Shown piece after piece: positions 38,480-50,819 of a stretch of DNA of 64,000 nt (position 1 is the first letter of the stretch; every line of letters starts with the position of its first letter). This stretch comes from Vitrella brassicaformis CCMP3155 (lineage: Eukaryota > Protista > Chromerida): the NCBI GenBank assembly GCA_001179505.1, contig CDMY01000989.1:62001-126000 (forward strand), in the 5' to 3' direction. A program made the position numbers and the translations under genes. Below the pieces are notes generated by a model that was not told where the DNA came from, ran no database searches, and worked only from the letters and a program-made list of their open reading frames with translations.

Positions 38480-39770
38480 CTCCCCAGGCACGAACATTCC
38501 AGCCCCATCACCCCAATGTCCTCTCTGATACAGCCAGTGCCACCGGCCCTTCCTCCTGGGCCGCCGCAGACACCGAACGAGGCAGGCACACTGACAGCCG
38601 AGCCCGAATCCATTGCTCGACTGGGCCAGACCTTTATCTGTCCCATCCGTCCCTCTTGTTGATGAGCTCGGCCAAGCGGCGAATGAAGCGATCGGCCTCC
38701 CTCCCGTAGACGCCGTCACACGTCACGATGAATGCCGTGAAGTCCATGCGGTTGAGCCGACACACGTCAAGATGGTGGTCCTTGTTCAGCTTCTTCCTCT
38801 CGCAGGTGATCGCGCCGGTGGTTTTGCCCTGGTTGCAGCGATCGACAGCTCGCGGCCGCCTGGCCAAAACCTCGACACGAACAGGTCCGTGCGGACGGAG
38901 GGGTTGTTGTGGACACCATCAGGCTCGTCGAGTGCAGTATGTGGGTCGGGCGGGTCGGGATGGTCAGGTGGGTCGGGAAGGGGAGGGGGATGAGGGTGGC
39001 TGGGACCGTCACAGGGAGTCACACCCAAAGGGGCGGCACGGGGGTCGCGAGCGGCGGCGGCGTGGGCGGTCTCCTTCCACACCGTGTGCTCGTACGCCAC
39101 CTTGAGGCCCGCCAGCTGACACAGACCGCCAACCTCGTGCTTGAGCCGGTCGTCTTTGGCATACACCAGCCCGCCCAGGGAGCAGCCAAGCGCGTGTTGG
39201 ACGGTGAAGTCGGCACCGCTTCTCGCCCCCTTTGGGAGCTCGCCGTCGCACTTGTCTGGCACGTCCTGGTGGGGCAGGCCGTACCGGTGGCACATGGCGT
39301 CACGGAGCTCGAGTGCGCTGAGGTCGGTGTCGTCCAGCTGGGACGGGCGGACGGTCATGAACTGCCCCGTGTCGTTGCAGCGAGCACGCTCTGCAGCCCT
39401 GGCCTGGTTGGGAGGGAGGCGGCCGATGATGGCTGTCGAGTCGTGGGCGAAGGTCTCGTGCATCTGGCTGCGATGCGCTGCGGCGGAAATGGGGGGCGGA
39501 GGTGGCGATGGCGGTGCCCGCCCGGGGGGCCTTGCGCGTGAGCCGACAGCGGTCAGTCTGCCCATCGAGTGGGGCCGGAAGGGGGGCGCGGAAGGACGGG
39601 TCGACAAGGCCGATGCCACCGTGGCACACAGGGTCAAGGAGCAGCCGCTTCATGTCGTAAGAGAGGGGCCGCGGCGTGCCGGCGAGTGCGGGCAGGAACG
39701 TGTCGGTGACGCAAAAGCGTAAAAGTCGATCGAGAGCGGCAGCTGAGGGACGTAGAGAGGTCTGCACGCA
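38480..39770 (-). mobile_element. 5'-truncated, inactivated CRE-like non-LTR retrotransposon fragment (RT C-terminus, Zn knuckle, REL endonuclease)
   Basis: FLPALAG..RLLLDPVCHGGIGLVDP (RT thumb), ELRDAMCHRYG..CDG..FTVQHALGC (CCHC-type knuckle), RTDLFVSRFW, FTAFIVTCDGVYGREADRFIRRLA, W..*..VEQWIRARLSV. It has frameshifts and an in-frame TAA at 38634-38636. Confidence 0.8.
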
Positions 39771-40067
39771 GTGCCTTTGCGTGTCTTTATTAGCGGCAGA
39801 CCGCTTGCGTAGTAGTGGGAGTGCCGGCCTCTGTTATTCTGTTGTTACACAGTGTCATGACCTTAAAACCGCAGAAACGGCTGCTTGGCGAGGAACAACG
39901 TGCTGATGAGGGCTTGGATTATAATTTCCGCCTGTAACGGACTTTTGACCCCGAGTTCTTTCGTAAGTCCTCACCATCACTTCGCTTTTTCCTCCTTGTC
40001 GCTCTTTGTTCTTCTTCCCTCGGCGTTTTCCCTCGCTCCCTCCGCTCCCTCATCAACAGCAGCCACG

Positions 40068-40574
40068 ATGCGCGTGTGTGCCCTCGCCATCAGCCTGCTC
40101 CTCGCCACCTCAGGTGCGACAGCAAGGACACGACAGCAACACAGCGGATCACTGCACACGCGCCGCACACACATTCTCTGTGACTCTGTCCCTCTGTATC
40201 TGCCTGTGTGTGTCTCCCTCGCCCCCCCCCCCCTCGCTGTGTGTGTGTGTGTGTGGTGTCAGTGTCTGTGGTGTGTGAAGCCCAGAAGCATCAGCAGGCT
40301 CAGCAGGAGGTGGCCTCACTCGTGCGGTCTCTTCAGGAGGTCTCAGAAGAAGATCCTGTCCCTGCCGAGGCTCCCGAAGACACGCCACCACAAGAAGTCG
40401 CAGCCCCAGAAGAAGACGAGGCCACTGCTCCCGACGACGAAGAGTCGTCAGAAGACGGTGAGCACTGAGTCTCGTGGCTGGCTGCCAAGCGTCCCCCACG
40501 TACCTTCCCTCTCCATCTCTCTCTCTCTCCCTCTCTCTCTCTCTCTGTGTGCGTGTGTGTGTGCTCTCTCTCTG

Positions 40575-40609
<35 letters not shown>

Positions 40610-41769
40610 CGTGTGCGTGTTGTGTGCAGGTGCCATATCCTCAACTGATGATGAGGACTCAGAGTCGTGGATGGCGTTGGCCAACTCGAGGTGGAAGATC
40701 TCTACGGCGGTGGAAAGGGTTTTGAATAAGTTCATCGTTAAGCTGCTGGCCTACGCGTGGAAGTTCAAGCAAATGGCCTACTTCTTCCTTCACAGTGATG
40801 TCAAGTAAGCAGACGAGCACCACACAGAGGGAGGGAGGGAGGGAGGAAGACAGATGTCAGCAGACGTGCCAACATCTGACATCTGCATCTGTGTGTGTGT
40901 GTGTGTATCTGAGCAGTCTGGTGGGCTTCGCGGCCTTCACCAATCGCCTGTTTGTTTTCTTCGTAGTCAAAGTCGATATCATCATCAAGTTCCTCCACAG
41001 GTGCGTCGCGTCAACGACCACACACACACGGGCAGCCGTCTTATTGGTTTCTCTCTCTCTGCCTCTGTGTTAGTCGTCACGGCAATTATTACCCCACCCA
41101 CCCCTCAAGACGGTCAAGCACCTCTTGGATAATACCTATGACATCTGGGGCTCGTACTCTTCAGTAAGGGAGAGGGGAAGATGGAGAGAGGGACTGACAG
41201 ACAGACAGACACACACACACACTTGGACGGATGCGATGCGTGTGTTCATTCAGGTATACAACTCATGCAAGGGGGACCACCAGTGCATCCACTTCCTCGA
41301 GAGACACTTCCTCACCAAACTGGTTCGTGTGACACACACACACACACACACACGCATCCGTCTCACCTTGCGTGTGCCCCCCTCCCCCATTCTCTGTGTC
41401 TCGAAAAAGGTCATCATCATCAAAATTATAAGGGTTATCATTAACAAGATCTACCAGCACAACAATTGGAAAGATGGCCTTGTGTACATCGACCATATCC
41501 TTTACATCAAATTTGGCTGTAACGGTAGGTGCACAAGCACAGCAACGAGTGGGGGTTGCTTGCATTTGTGTGCGTTGGCGTGTGCAGGCAGCAACTGCAA
41601 CAGTGAGCTCGGCGGTGGCGCGGCTGCGGGCGCGGCTGCGGGCGCGGCTGCAGGCAACCGCAATGAGATTGAGATATATAATACGTTGATGAATACCGCG
41701 ACGAGCACCGCGACGAGTGACGCGACGACTAGTTTCTTTGACGATCGCGATGTCGTAGATCTCGCTTAG
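40068..41769 (+). pseudogene. Secreted Tyr/aromatic-rich helical protein, tandem copy 2, probably frameshifted
   Basis: Same exon structure as copy 1. The Tyr-rich segment is deleted, leaving 11 nt between YY and LKTVKHLL (41093-41103), which is not a multiple of three. Confidence 0.55.
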
Positions 41770-42325
41770 ATATATAACAAACATGTTGATGAATTCCGCG
41801 ACGAGTGCCGCGATCTCTTTTGACGATCTCTTAGTGTAGTGTGTTGGGCAACCTCCTACCTAGTCTTCTAGTGTCGTAGATCTCGCTTAGATATATAACA
41901 AACATGTTGATGAATTCCGCGACGAGTGCCGCGATCTCTTTTGACGATCTCTTAGTGTAGTGTGTTGGGCAACCTCCTACCTAGTCTTCTAGTCAGCCTG
42001 GATGGATGGATGGTGATCTCTTAGTGTAGTGTGTTGGGCAACCTCCTACCTAGTCTTCTAGTGTCGTAGATCTCGCTTAGATATATAACAAACATGTTGA
42101 TGAATTCCGCGACGAGTGCCGCGATCTCTTTTGACGATCTCTTAGTGTAGTGTGTTGGGCAACCTCCTACCTAGTCTTCTAGTGTCGTAGATCTCGCTTA
42201 GATATATAACAAACATGTTGATGAATTCCGCGACGAGTGCCGCGATCTCTTTTGACGATCTCTTAGTGTAGTGTGTTGGGCAACCTCCTACCTAGTCTTC
42301 TAGTCAGCCTGGATGGATGGATGGT
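41751..42325. repeat. Higher-order tandem repeat: four 121-bp units in two blocks (311-bp period)
   Basis: Unit tgtcgtagatctcgcttag...cctacctagtcttctag starts at 41751, 41872, 42062 and 42183. A 22-bp spacer plus a 47-bp partial unit separates the two pairs. Confidence 0.92.
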
Positions 42326-42387
42326 GTGTGTGGCGGCCAGCTGTCTGTGTGCGTAGTGAGTGTGCGTCCCCTGCCATGCAGACTTAT

Positions 42388-42526
42388 GGCTTCCTCTTTG
42401 AGTGCTTCCTATGTTTGTGTGGGTGGGTGTGGCAAGGCGAGAGAGGCAGTAGTGCCGGCTTCCTCTTTGAGTGCTTCCTATGTTTGTGTGGGTGGGTGTG
42501 GCAAGGCGAGAGAGGCAGTAGTGCCG
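42388..42526. repeat. 69-bp perfect tandem duplication
   Basis: ggcttcctctttgagtg...gcagtagtgcc starts at 42388 and again at 42457. The paralogous segment at ~37230 has only one copy. Confidence 0.9.
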
Positions 42527-43259
42527 ATCATGAGCAAGCCAATTCGTTAGTGTGTGTGCGTGTGCGATCAGCACAGTGGATGCATGGCTCCATTTGCAAG
42601 ACGGCCATGTGTGCGCTGGCTGATGCGCTTGTGTGCGGTTTTCAGTCCTTGTGTCCCTCTCCCTCCCTCCCTCCCTCCCTGACACATACTTACATGTGTA
42701 CACTTATCTGTACATGTACGACGCATACGTGTATGTAATTGTGTCTTGCATACGTACATAAATACCGCAGTGTGTCTGGGGGGCCTGTGTGTGACTGCTA
42801 TTTGTATATGTCGACAGCTCTGGACGAAGGGCGTTTTATGTGCGTCAGTGTGTGAGCACACAAGAGAGAAGGAAATGGAAAGAGGGCTTTTTGGCCGGGG
42901 CGGGTCATGGATAGAGACCATGTGTACGCGTCGTCTGTCTGTATTTGTACGCGCTTTTTTCCGACTGCCTGCAATGTCGGGACTTTCTTCCCTTTTTCCG
43001 CCTTATGGCTCACTCAAGTGTCTTAATCATTCATGGAGCATGACGGGGTGCCTAGACGGATAAGTATGGACATCGGTGACTTACGTACATGCAGAGAGTG
43101 TATCGTTGAATCGGCATACGCACGCAAGCACAGTGGCCGGTGAAGCAAGAGTCGAATCAGCGGAAACCACAGATATATACACAAAACGATTGTATGCATT
43201 CACCCTAAACCAACACTGCCTGCTTGAGCACACACATGCACATGCACACATGCATGTGT

Positions 43260-43797
43260 GTCCGTTCGCTCACTGCCTGGCGACGGTGGGCAGCACCTTG
43301 ACTTGAAGTTGGTCAGCACAGACTCCTGCACATACGCACATCACACGCGTGCAAACAAGTAGATGTCTCTGTGTGGTTTTCATGCGGCCCAGCTCCCTCC
43401 GACTCACTTCGCTCGGCATGGGATGGTGAGCAAACTCGAGCACGTCGCTGGCCAAACAGGCCCACTTTGATGCTGGCCTGTTTGCACACAATAATGCACA
43501 GCACATGCTCTTCTTTTTGTCCTGTGATTATCGTGTGCTTACCTTTTCGTCGTCAGCAGCATGCTAAACACACGGCCCTGCGTGCCGACGTTCTTCCCGT
43601 AGGCCTTGACGGGGCTCCTGCGTGCACATCAAAAATGTCAAAAATGCACATAGCATCGCATTCAGTCTGCAATGAGAGGTCTGCGATTTGCACAGACGAT
43701 GCCGCTTACACACGGGTCACTATCCCCTTCATGGCCCTTCTCCCCACCCTCTGGCCCGGCCGCAAAGCGGAAATAGGCACCAGGACCACTGCACTCA
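43260..43797 (-). pseudogene. RPA70 DBD-A-like single OB-fold pseudogene
   Basis: (GTG)SAVVLVPISALRPGQRVGRRAMKGIVTRV / SPVKAYGKNVGTQGRVFSML.. / ..DVLEFAHHPMPSE / ESVLTNFK. The start ATG is changed to GTG, there are indels in exons 2-3, and a TCAAG duplication in exon 4. Confidence 0.75.
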
Positions 43798-44049
43798 CAG
43801 ATGAAGCATACATTACATACATATATCGACGCCAATGAAGGGCATGTCTCACATCAGATCAGGCTTGCTCTGATTGGTCAGTCGAGCTGCGTTGGCAGGT
43901 TGTGTCGCACATAAACTCACCGACGACAATGCCGATACGTAGCAAGGTACACGACCGACGAGGATGTAAGATGTAGGCAGCGGTTGCCCTGCACATATGC
44001 ACAGACACAAAGAGACGTCGCTGATTAGTGTGATTGGTTGCTGACTTGA

Positions 44050-46000
44050 GCATTAAATCATGTAGCCTCACCCAATCTGCTGCCAATCACACTCCTCGTC
44101 ACAATCCTCCTGCGTATACACAGACACAGACGTACACGCACAAAGAGAGATATCGCATCCATCCATCCATCCATTGACACAAGGCGGCAGCACCCATCCA
44201 TCCATGCAGATCCACGGCGTGGCGGGCGTGGCGGACGAGGGCGTCCATGTCCTTCTGCGGGCTGGGCACCGGCTTGGTCTTGCCCTTGGGCGGCCCAAAA
44301 CCCCCTCCTGCAGCAGTGCGAGGACGTATCACAGCCATCTTACGCCATGTGGATGAGTATGTTGATTCATCACCGAGGCCGAGGCATTGAGGAAAATGTC
44401 AACAGATATAAAATGTAGGCAGTGATGTGTAGACTGCACACACAAATCCAAGTCATGGAAACAAGAATGTGCCAACTCGTGTCTCCTCTCGATGCATTTG
44501 GGGTACGACGCCTCGATGGGTGGGTCACTCGGCTGGCTGGGGTCGCCCCCTCGCGTACGCGACTGTTGTGGAATGGGGGCCGCTGCCGTTGTGGTGTTGG
44601 TTGTGGGTGTGGGAGTGGTGGTTGTTGTGTTGCTGGCCGAGCTGCTGGGCGCGTCAGTGGTGGTCGGAGGTGCTTGTGTTGTGAAGGCCGTCTCGTTGTA
44701 GCACCCCTCGAATACCTCGTCCTGCGGACACAGTGAGGAGCACATATGGGCGGCCGGCAGTCTGCTTGCACTTATGTTCATTCTCACGTACCAGGTCCAC
44801 CTCGGTGTAAAGGCGAATCGATGTCGCAAGTGTCAACACGAAAATCAGCAGGGACAAGATGCCCAAGTACTTCTGAAAGCAGGCAGAGCACAGAAATCCT
44901 CATCAAAGCCGTCAACGTGGGTGTCGTGCCCTCCTGGTAGAGTTAAATTTGCGCCGACAGTCGCCCTGTGTTCCACTGACAGGAAAGCGCATGCAAAGGG
45001 TCCATGCAGGGATGTAAGTTCGTTCGTGTGAGTGGGTCTTGTGTTTATGACTCACAGTATTTGACGCCGTTCTCGAGTCTCTCGAGCCTCTCATCGAGGC
45101 TGGGACCCTCATGCTGCTCTGCACACACACACGCATAGACAACACTGCCTGCCTGCCTTTCTGCCTTTCTGCATCTGCATCTCTTCCAGCTTGCCTGGCA
45201 GCTGCTGCACTGCATGAGACACTGACACTGTCCCTCTTGTACTCGTGGCCTTGGCCAGTGACCCCCTCTCCACCATGCAGTGCAAAAGCACATACACGAC
45301 AGACTGAAAATGACCCCTCCCTCCCTATCCCATCAGCCAGCCACTCTCGCCCATCCCTGCCAGGTCCCTTGCTAGCCCAGACCCCACGATTGCTGGAATG
45401 ATGCACAGCTTGATGAGCACGACGAACAGGAAGAAATGAACGGCATCTGGCCGGAAGGGTCTCAATGTCGTCCGACATACAAACGCACGTGTGTGGTGTG
45501 AATCTGCCTATGTCAATCTATTGCGTGTGGCTGACCTGTGTGTATCGACGATCTGCGCAGAAGTAGCATTGCAAGAAAATGAAAAACCGACTCATGCACT
45601 CACGCGTCGCAGCCATCTTGCCCGTCATGTGGATGAGTGCTGATTTATCACCGAGGCCGAGGCGCCGAGAGGAACAGAGCACCAGATATAAAATGTAGGC
45701 AGTGATGGGTTGACTGCACACACAGAGAGAGTGATGTGGAGACACCAATATGGAACGCGCGTGTCTCCCACCAATTTCTCTCAGTGCATAGGAGCTGCAC
45801 GGCGTTGCCACGACGCGTCCTCCCACACCTCCTTCTGCACGCCCTTGGTGAAGGCCATGCAAATGTTCTTCTTCTCCTTCTCCTGGTCGTCATACTCGCT
45901 CAGCACAGGCAGCAGGAGCACCACCGTGGACACAATGAGCATGAGGATGGCGGCGATGGCGACGTTGGTTGTAGTCGCCCCAGCGAGTCCCTGCATCCAG
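44050..46000 (-). CDS. Putative multi-pass membrane protein(s) with mucin-like Thr-rich loop; gene model uncertain
   Basis: Hydrophobic exons NVAIAAILMLIVSTVVLLLPVL, HFFLFVVLIKLCIIPAIVG and GILSLLIFVLTLATSIRL, and a Thr-rich exon TTQAPPTTTDAPSSSASNTTTTTPTPTT. A ~100-bp internal duplication is present (44345-44450 vs 45625-45725). Confidence 0.4.
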
Positions 46001-46229
46001 GAACCGCAGACAAACGCCGACAAAAGGTCAACTGGTGCATCGCATTCGGTGTCTGTCACCGACGGGCAACTTCATGAGTGCCTGGCAGGCCAACACCACC
46101 AAACCTGCGCGCACAAAACAAAGATCATGAAAGCAGAACAGAACAACACGACCGCCGGACATAATGTGCATGAGAGCACGTGATTGATATGGATGGATGG
46201 ATGGATGGACGTTCACATGTGCATTGTGC

Positions 46230-47930
46230 TACGCACCTGCAGCATGGGAAGCACGCGGCAAACGCTCGGCCCAGCTGGTTGAATGGCTGCTCCTCCTGAA
46301 TGATCCTTTTCAGCGGGGAGGGGGGAGGGAGGGAGGGGGGATAGCCGCTATGCGGCGCTTGAGGGCTGTGAGGGACAGGTACCTACAGAAGCCATTCGCA
46401 GCAGCCACAGGACCAGCACACTCACACACATTCAAAGAACACTTGAGATGTGTGTGCGTCTGTGCATACTTTACGATGTCGTGCACGCCAATGAGGAGCG
46501 GCTCCCCGTCGGGACCAATCAGGAAGGGCCTTTCTCTTTTGCCTGATCAACACAAACGAGAAGACCGGATGAGTGAGTGAGTGAGTGAGTGTGTCCATCA
46601 CAGTCGTCACCGTGGACAAGGAAATAGTAGCCACTGGTATCAAAGGGCCACTCAGCCCCTGCAACCACACACGTGAATAGACACACGTAAGCGAAGAGGC
46701 GTGGCCTCCCACTGCCTTCCCAATGCGTACCTTCAGCGCTCTCTACGTCGATCCCCAGCTGCTGGGCAATCAGCCGACAGACAAGGGCCTTGGGGCAGCC
46801 CGGATCTGAAAGTCACCCACATTCGCATGGCGAGCAAGCAGGCATCCCCTGCATATCATCTCCCCATACCTGTAACCAACCACAGCGTCATTCTCATTCC
46901 CAGGCAGATCCTTGACCAGGGTCATCACCTGAGGGATCCAGCACACGGATGCGATCCCTCACACATGCACAGACGTACCTTTTCCAACAGGTCGATGAAG
47001 GTGTCATCGTCGACGCCGTCATCCAGCGGCACGCTGTCATGCACGGAGCGGTCCAACCCGGCGATACTGAATATAGACACGCACACACACAGAGTGAGAG
47101 GGAGAGAGCAAGCAGATGACCCTTTTGCAGATGAGTGCACTAGGCCTCGCACCTGAATAACAGCATCTGGCGGCCTCCGACTTCACAAAATCCATCCCAC
47201 CACTCCCTCAATTTGGCGGTCCTTGCCGCCAGCGCGTTGACGGTTGTCGTCCCTGGGACCCCTCGCAGAAGGCACCTCGCAAATTGGGAACCCTGGACAA
47301 GCGGGAAGTTGGGCGGGTTGTTGAAGTCGCGCTGCCCATGCAAGATGTGCCGTCTTTCTTTGACGATTGTGTCTCTGCAACAAATGACACGCACTCAGAC
47401 ATGCACACACGTCCATCTCAGAAGCACTCCCTGTGCAGGTCGTTCCTCGAGTGCTCACTGCATCCATCCACGCATCTGTGCGAATGTTACTTTGGGCAGA
47501 CGCGCCAGATGATGATGAGGGTGTCGATGAATACCTACAAAAAATACAAGCGCCGCTCGTGTGCCACTTCTCGAACGACCGCTTTCGCTTCTGCCCCTCC
47601 CCGGCCCCCTCACCGCCATCTCATTCGCCTTCGTCGTCGTCACTCTCGCCCTCGCCATCGGCATTCTCGTCCGTCTGTGGCTGGGCTAGCACACCCCAGA
47701 GGTTGACCTTTGCGATCGTGTCGTTTGGGGTCTGGGTGGGGCGGCAGATGGTGGCGGTGTCTCTATCGTAGGTGGCGAAACTGCGTGCACATGACGCTGG
47801 CGTCGTCTTCGTCTTCGTCTTCGGCAAGCAGCTTTAAAGCGCTGATTGCTGAAGATTGCTGTCCGTCGAGCCCGTATCTCTTGACCAGCTCATTCGCGAC
47901 CTTGATGCGCAGCGGTTGCACTCACGGTAT
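46230..47930 (-). pseudogene. Degenerate member of a lineage-specific family (paralog of 50991-52350)
   Basis: LYFL*VFIDTLIIIWRVCPK (TGG->TAG relative to the paralog), then DPGCPKALVCRLIAQQLGIDVE, RERPFLIGPD and KRIIQEEQPFNQLGRAFAACFPCC. Confidence 0.45.
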
Positions 47931-48399
47931 CGAAACTGTGCGACAAAACCCACACGACATCACTCATCCTCACCGCCGATGGCCATTCCAGAAAGATGCC
48001 GTCTCGGCCTCTCGCAGGGGCGGGGCCAGCGTCCCTTTTCCCCTGGTCTTCGGCGAAGAAGAAGAATCCCTGGGAGAGGCACCAGGCCCTGCGGTCGACA
48101 GGCCTGGTCTTCAGGGAAGAAGAAGAGGGCACGAAGCATCAGGTCCGTGTTAGAATCTCCAGTCGATGAATCCCTCAAATTTAATTCTGTCTCGTCTTTT
48201 GAGTATTTTCTCGACACTTGAGGCCGGAGGAGCTTCGAACCGTTTTTGTGCTTCAGGCGCTTTCCAACGGCAAACGGCCGGTTTTGCGAGCTTAGAAGTG
48301 TGAAAATGTCTCCTGGCAATGACGCTGTGGCTTGTGGCTGGTAAGTAAGAGCTCACATGAATCCGGGATGGATGCTCCTCGCCATATTCGAATGTGTGT

Positions 48400-48990
48400 G
48401 AGATTGACAGATCCGGGCTGCCCCAAGGGCGTCGTGTGTCGGCTGGTGGCCGAGCAGCTGCGAATCGATGTCGAGATCGCGCAAGGTACGGAGTGGGAGG
48501 GCAGCGGGAGGCCACCCACGCAGCCCTCGCTCACGTGCCTGTGTATCCATTTGTGTGGTTGCAGGCGATGAGTGGCCATTTGACACCAGCGGCTGTTACT
48601 TTCTCGTCCACGGTGACGGCTGTGATGGACATACTCACTCATCTGGTCTGAGTGATGCGTGCGTTAATGCAGGCAACAGGGAGAGGCCCTTGCTCATCGG
48701 GCCAGACGAGGATTCGCTGCTCGCCGGTGTGCATGACATCGTCAAGTAGGCACACACACACGTGTTCTTGAAGGGGGATGTGTGTGTGTGTGTGTGGTGC
48801 TCCTGTGGCTGCTATGACTGACGTGTGTCTGTAGGTATCTGTCCCTGACGGCCCTCCAGCGCCGCATGGCGGCCATCCCCCCACTCCCTCCCCCCTCCCC
48901 GCTCAAGAGGATCATGAGAGAGGAGCAGCCGCTGAACAAGCTGGGCCGAGCGTTGGCTGCGTGCATCCCGTGCTGCAGGTGCGTAAGGCA
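48400..48990 (+). repeat. Inverted partial copy of the 3' exons of the 46230-47930 gene
   Basis: DPGCPKGVVCRLVAEQLRIDVE, RERPLLIGPD and KRIMREEQPLNKLGRALAACIPCC on the + strand match 46230-46830 on the - strand. Confidence 0.8.
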
Positions 48991-49489
48991 CAACACGACT
49001 GGTGCACATCAGGTCGGTCGTCTTGTTCTGTTCGTTCTGTTTTGTGCGTGTAGATGAGAATTATCGCCGGCTGCAATTACCCTGGCTGCCAAAGACCTGG
49101 GTGAGTCACACCTATGACGCTCATGGCACCTTGACACACACATGTATGTATATTATGTATGGTGTGGATTGTATGTATATTATGTATGGTGTGGTATGCG
49201 TTTCTGTGTGATGCCGTCTGTTGGGTGCTTGCCAGCCAGTTCGCCACCAGATACAGCAGCATGGAATGACTTCTCCCCACCAGCAGCAGCAGCCACTGAA
49301 GTCGAGACGACGAGACGAAGGATGTCGCCCCTGCAGCCCGGCTGCTCCTTCTTCTCCTCTGGCTGCTGCTGAGCCAGAGCTGCGGTCTCCTCTTTCTTGG
49401 CCGTCTCCTCCACCACTGCTGCAGAGGGGGCCGAGGCCGCCTCTTTCTTGACCTCTTCCTTGCCGCCGCCGCCGAAGATGGATAGCGAC

Positions 49490-49790
49490 TCCCAGCAGCC
49501 GCACAGGTCAATCAAGTCCAGTCATCGGCTGTGACGTCGAGACCGTCGCCAAAGTGTCGAGCGGCAGAGGCGGCTGGCGCGTGCTGCAGGCGGTGTTCCA
49601 CGTGCCGCCAAAGCCCGTCGGGTGTGGACTGATGAGTACGGCAGGCGGAGAGCATTCTACTAGCCAGCCACATATGGGTGAGGGGGGGGATGGGCGAGGT
49701 ATGAGTGGGGCGGTAGAGAGAGACAGGGAGGTGACCAATGATCAGCAGCCTTGAAGGGGGCGGGGCAGCGTCGTAGGTGAGTGTTGGCAC
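49490..49790 (+). repeat. Dispersed repeat, inverted homolog of 60080-60390
   Basis: cgagaccgtcgccaaagtgtcgagcggcag...atcagcagccttgaag matches the reverse complement of 60080-60390. Confidence 0.85.
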
Positions 49791-50819
49791 GATGAGCTTG
49801 TAGTGGATGAGCGAGAGTATACAGACAGACAGACAGACAGGTGGCAGTACTTTCCACAGGAAGGGTGCTGCCTTGCCTTTCTGCCTTACTTGCCACCTTA
49901 GCTGAATCCATCCATTGGGGTGCTACACATTAGGTCGTCTGTCTGTCTGTCTGTCCCGCCCTTTAAGTGTACGATATCTCTGCACTCACTTTGGTATTTC
50001 CAATCGGCCACTTGCTCGTCTTTGCTTTTTGAATGAGTCAGGTGCATCGAATACATATGTATGGTGCGGCGGGTGAGGAGGTACCTCGGTATCATGGCAG
50101 TGCCTTTGTTGGCGAGGGCATATGCACCTGCCTGGTGTCGTCATTCCGTTTGAGCCGACATTGAGATCTATGCGGTGACCCTGACGGACGGATGCCTGCA
50201 TGATCGACACTGCATGACTTGCCGGTGCGTTCATGGAACAGTTGCCACTCCAGGCAGAAAGACACCCGTCCATGGCCTGAGAATGACCGGCCGCTCACTC
50301 GTTATCTGTGTCACCCTTTGTCGCTGTCGGTCAATTCCTTTTGGCTCGACACCAACCAAAACGCCACCAAATACGATATCAAATGTCGGTAGTGTTTCCA
50401 CTTGGGCACACTTACACAGACAGCCAGACCGACCGAAACGCACACCCAGCACTTGTGGTGAGTTGTGTGGTCTGATGGCCGAAAGTGCGTCTCAGCGTCT
50501 CATTTGGTAGCACACCTGCACACCCATGACAGGCAGAGGGACAGATGTGTTGTGTGTTGGCATCGCCCTGCATTCAGGGGTGGGGAGGTTCCTGTCAGAA
50601 AGGAGCTCTGTCGGCCAGGGGCCATGCACTGCAGTTGCCCCATCCGGCAATGCACGAGACACACGTGCGTGTGGCCTCCTGATTGAATGAGGCGATTCGA
50701 TGCTCAAAGTGAGTGGGGTATATGAGTGGTTACTTGGTGTACATCGACCGACGTGAAGTCAGTCAGTTAGAAAGAAGTCGAGATATCAGCATATGTACAC
50801 AGTCAGAAGGACCGACCAC

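Larger units (their letters stand above)
35150..43400. repeat. Tandem segmental duplication (~35150-38250 and ~39890-43400)
   Basis: The 5' flank, coding exons, introns and ~1.1 kb of downstream sequence are collinear (37140-38250 vs 42310-43400). Confidence 0.85.

Noticed and set aside
41751-42325. Possible CRISPR array
   Set aside because: The units are 121-bp identical tandem copies with no unique spacers, no cas genes are nearby, and the context is eukaryotic.
49143-49194. 27-bp tandem duplication (tgtatgtatattatgtatggtgtgg)
   Set aside because: It is real but ordinary slippage in low-complexity non-coding sequence.
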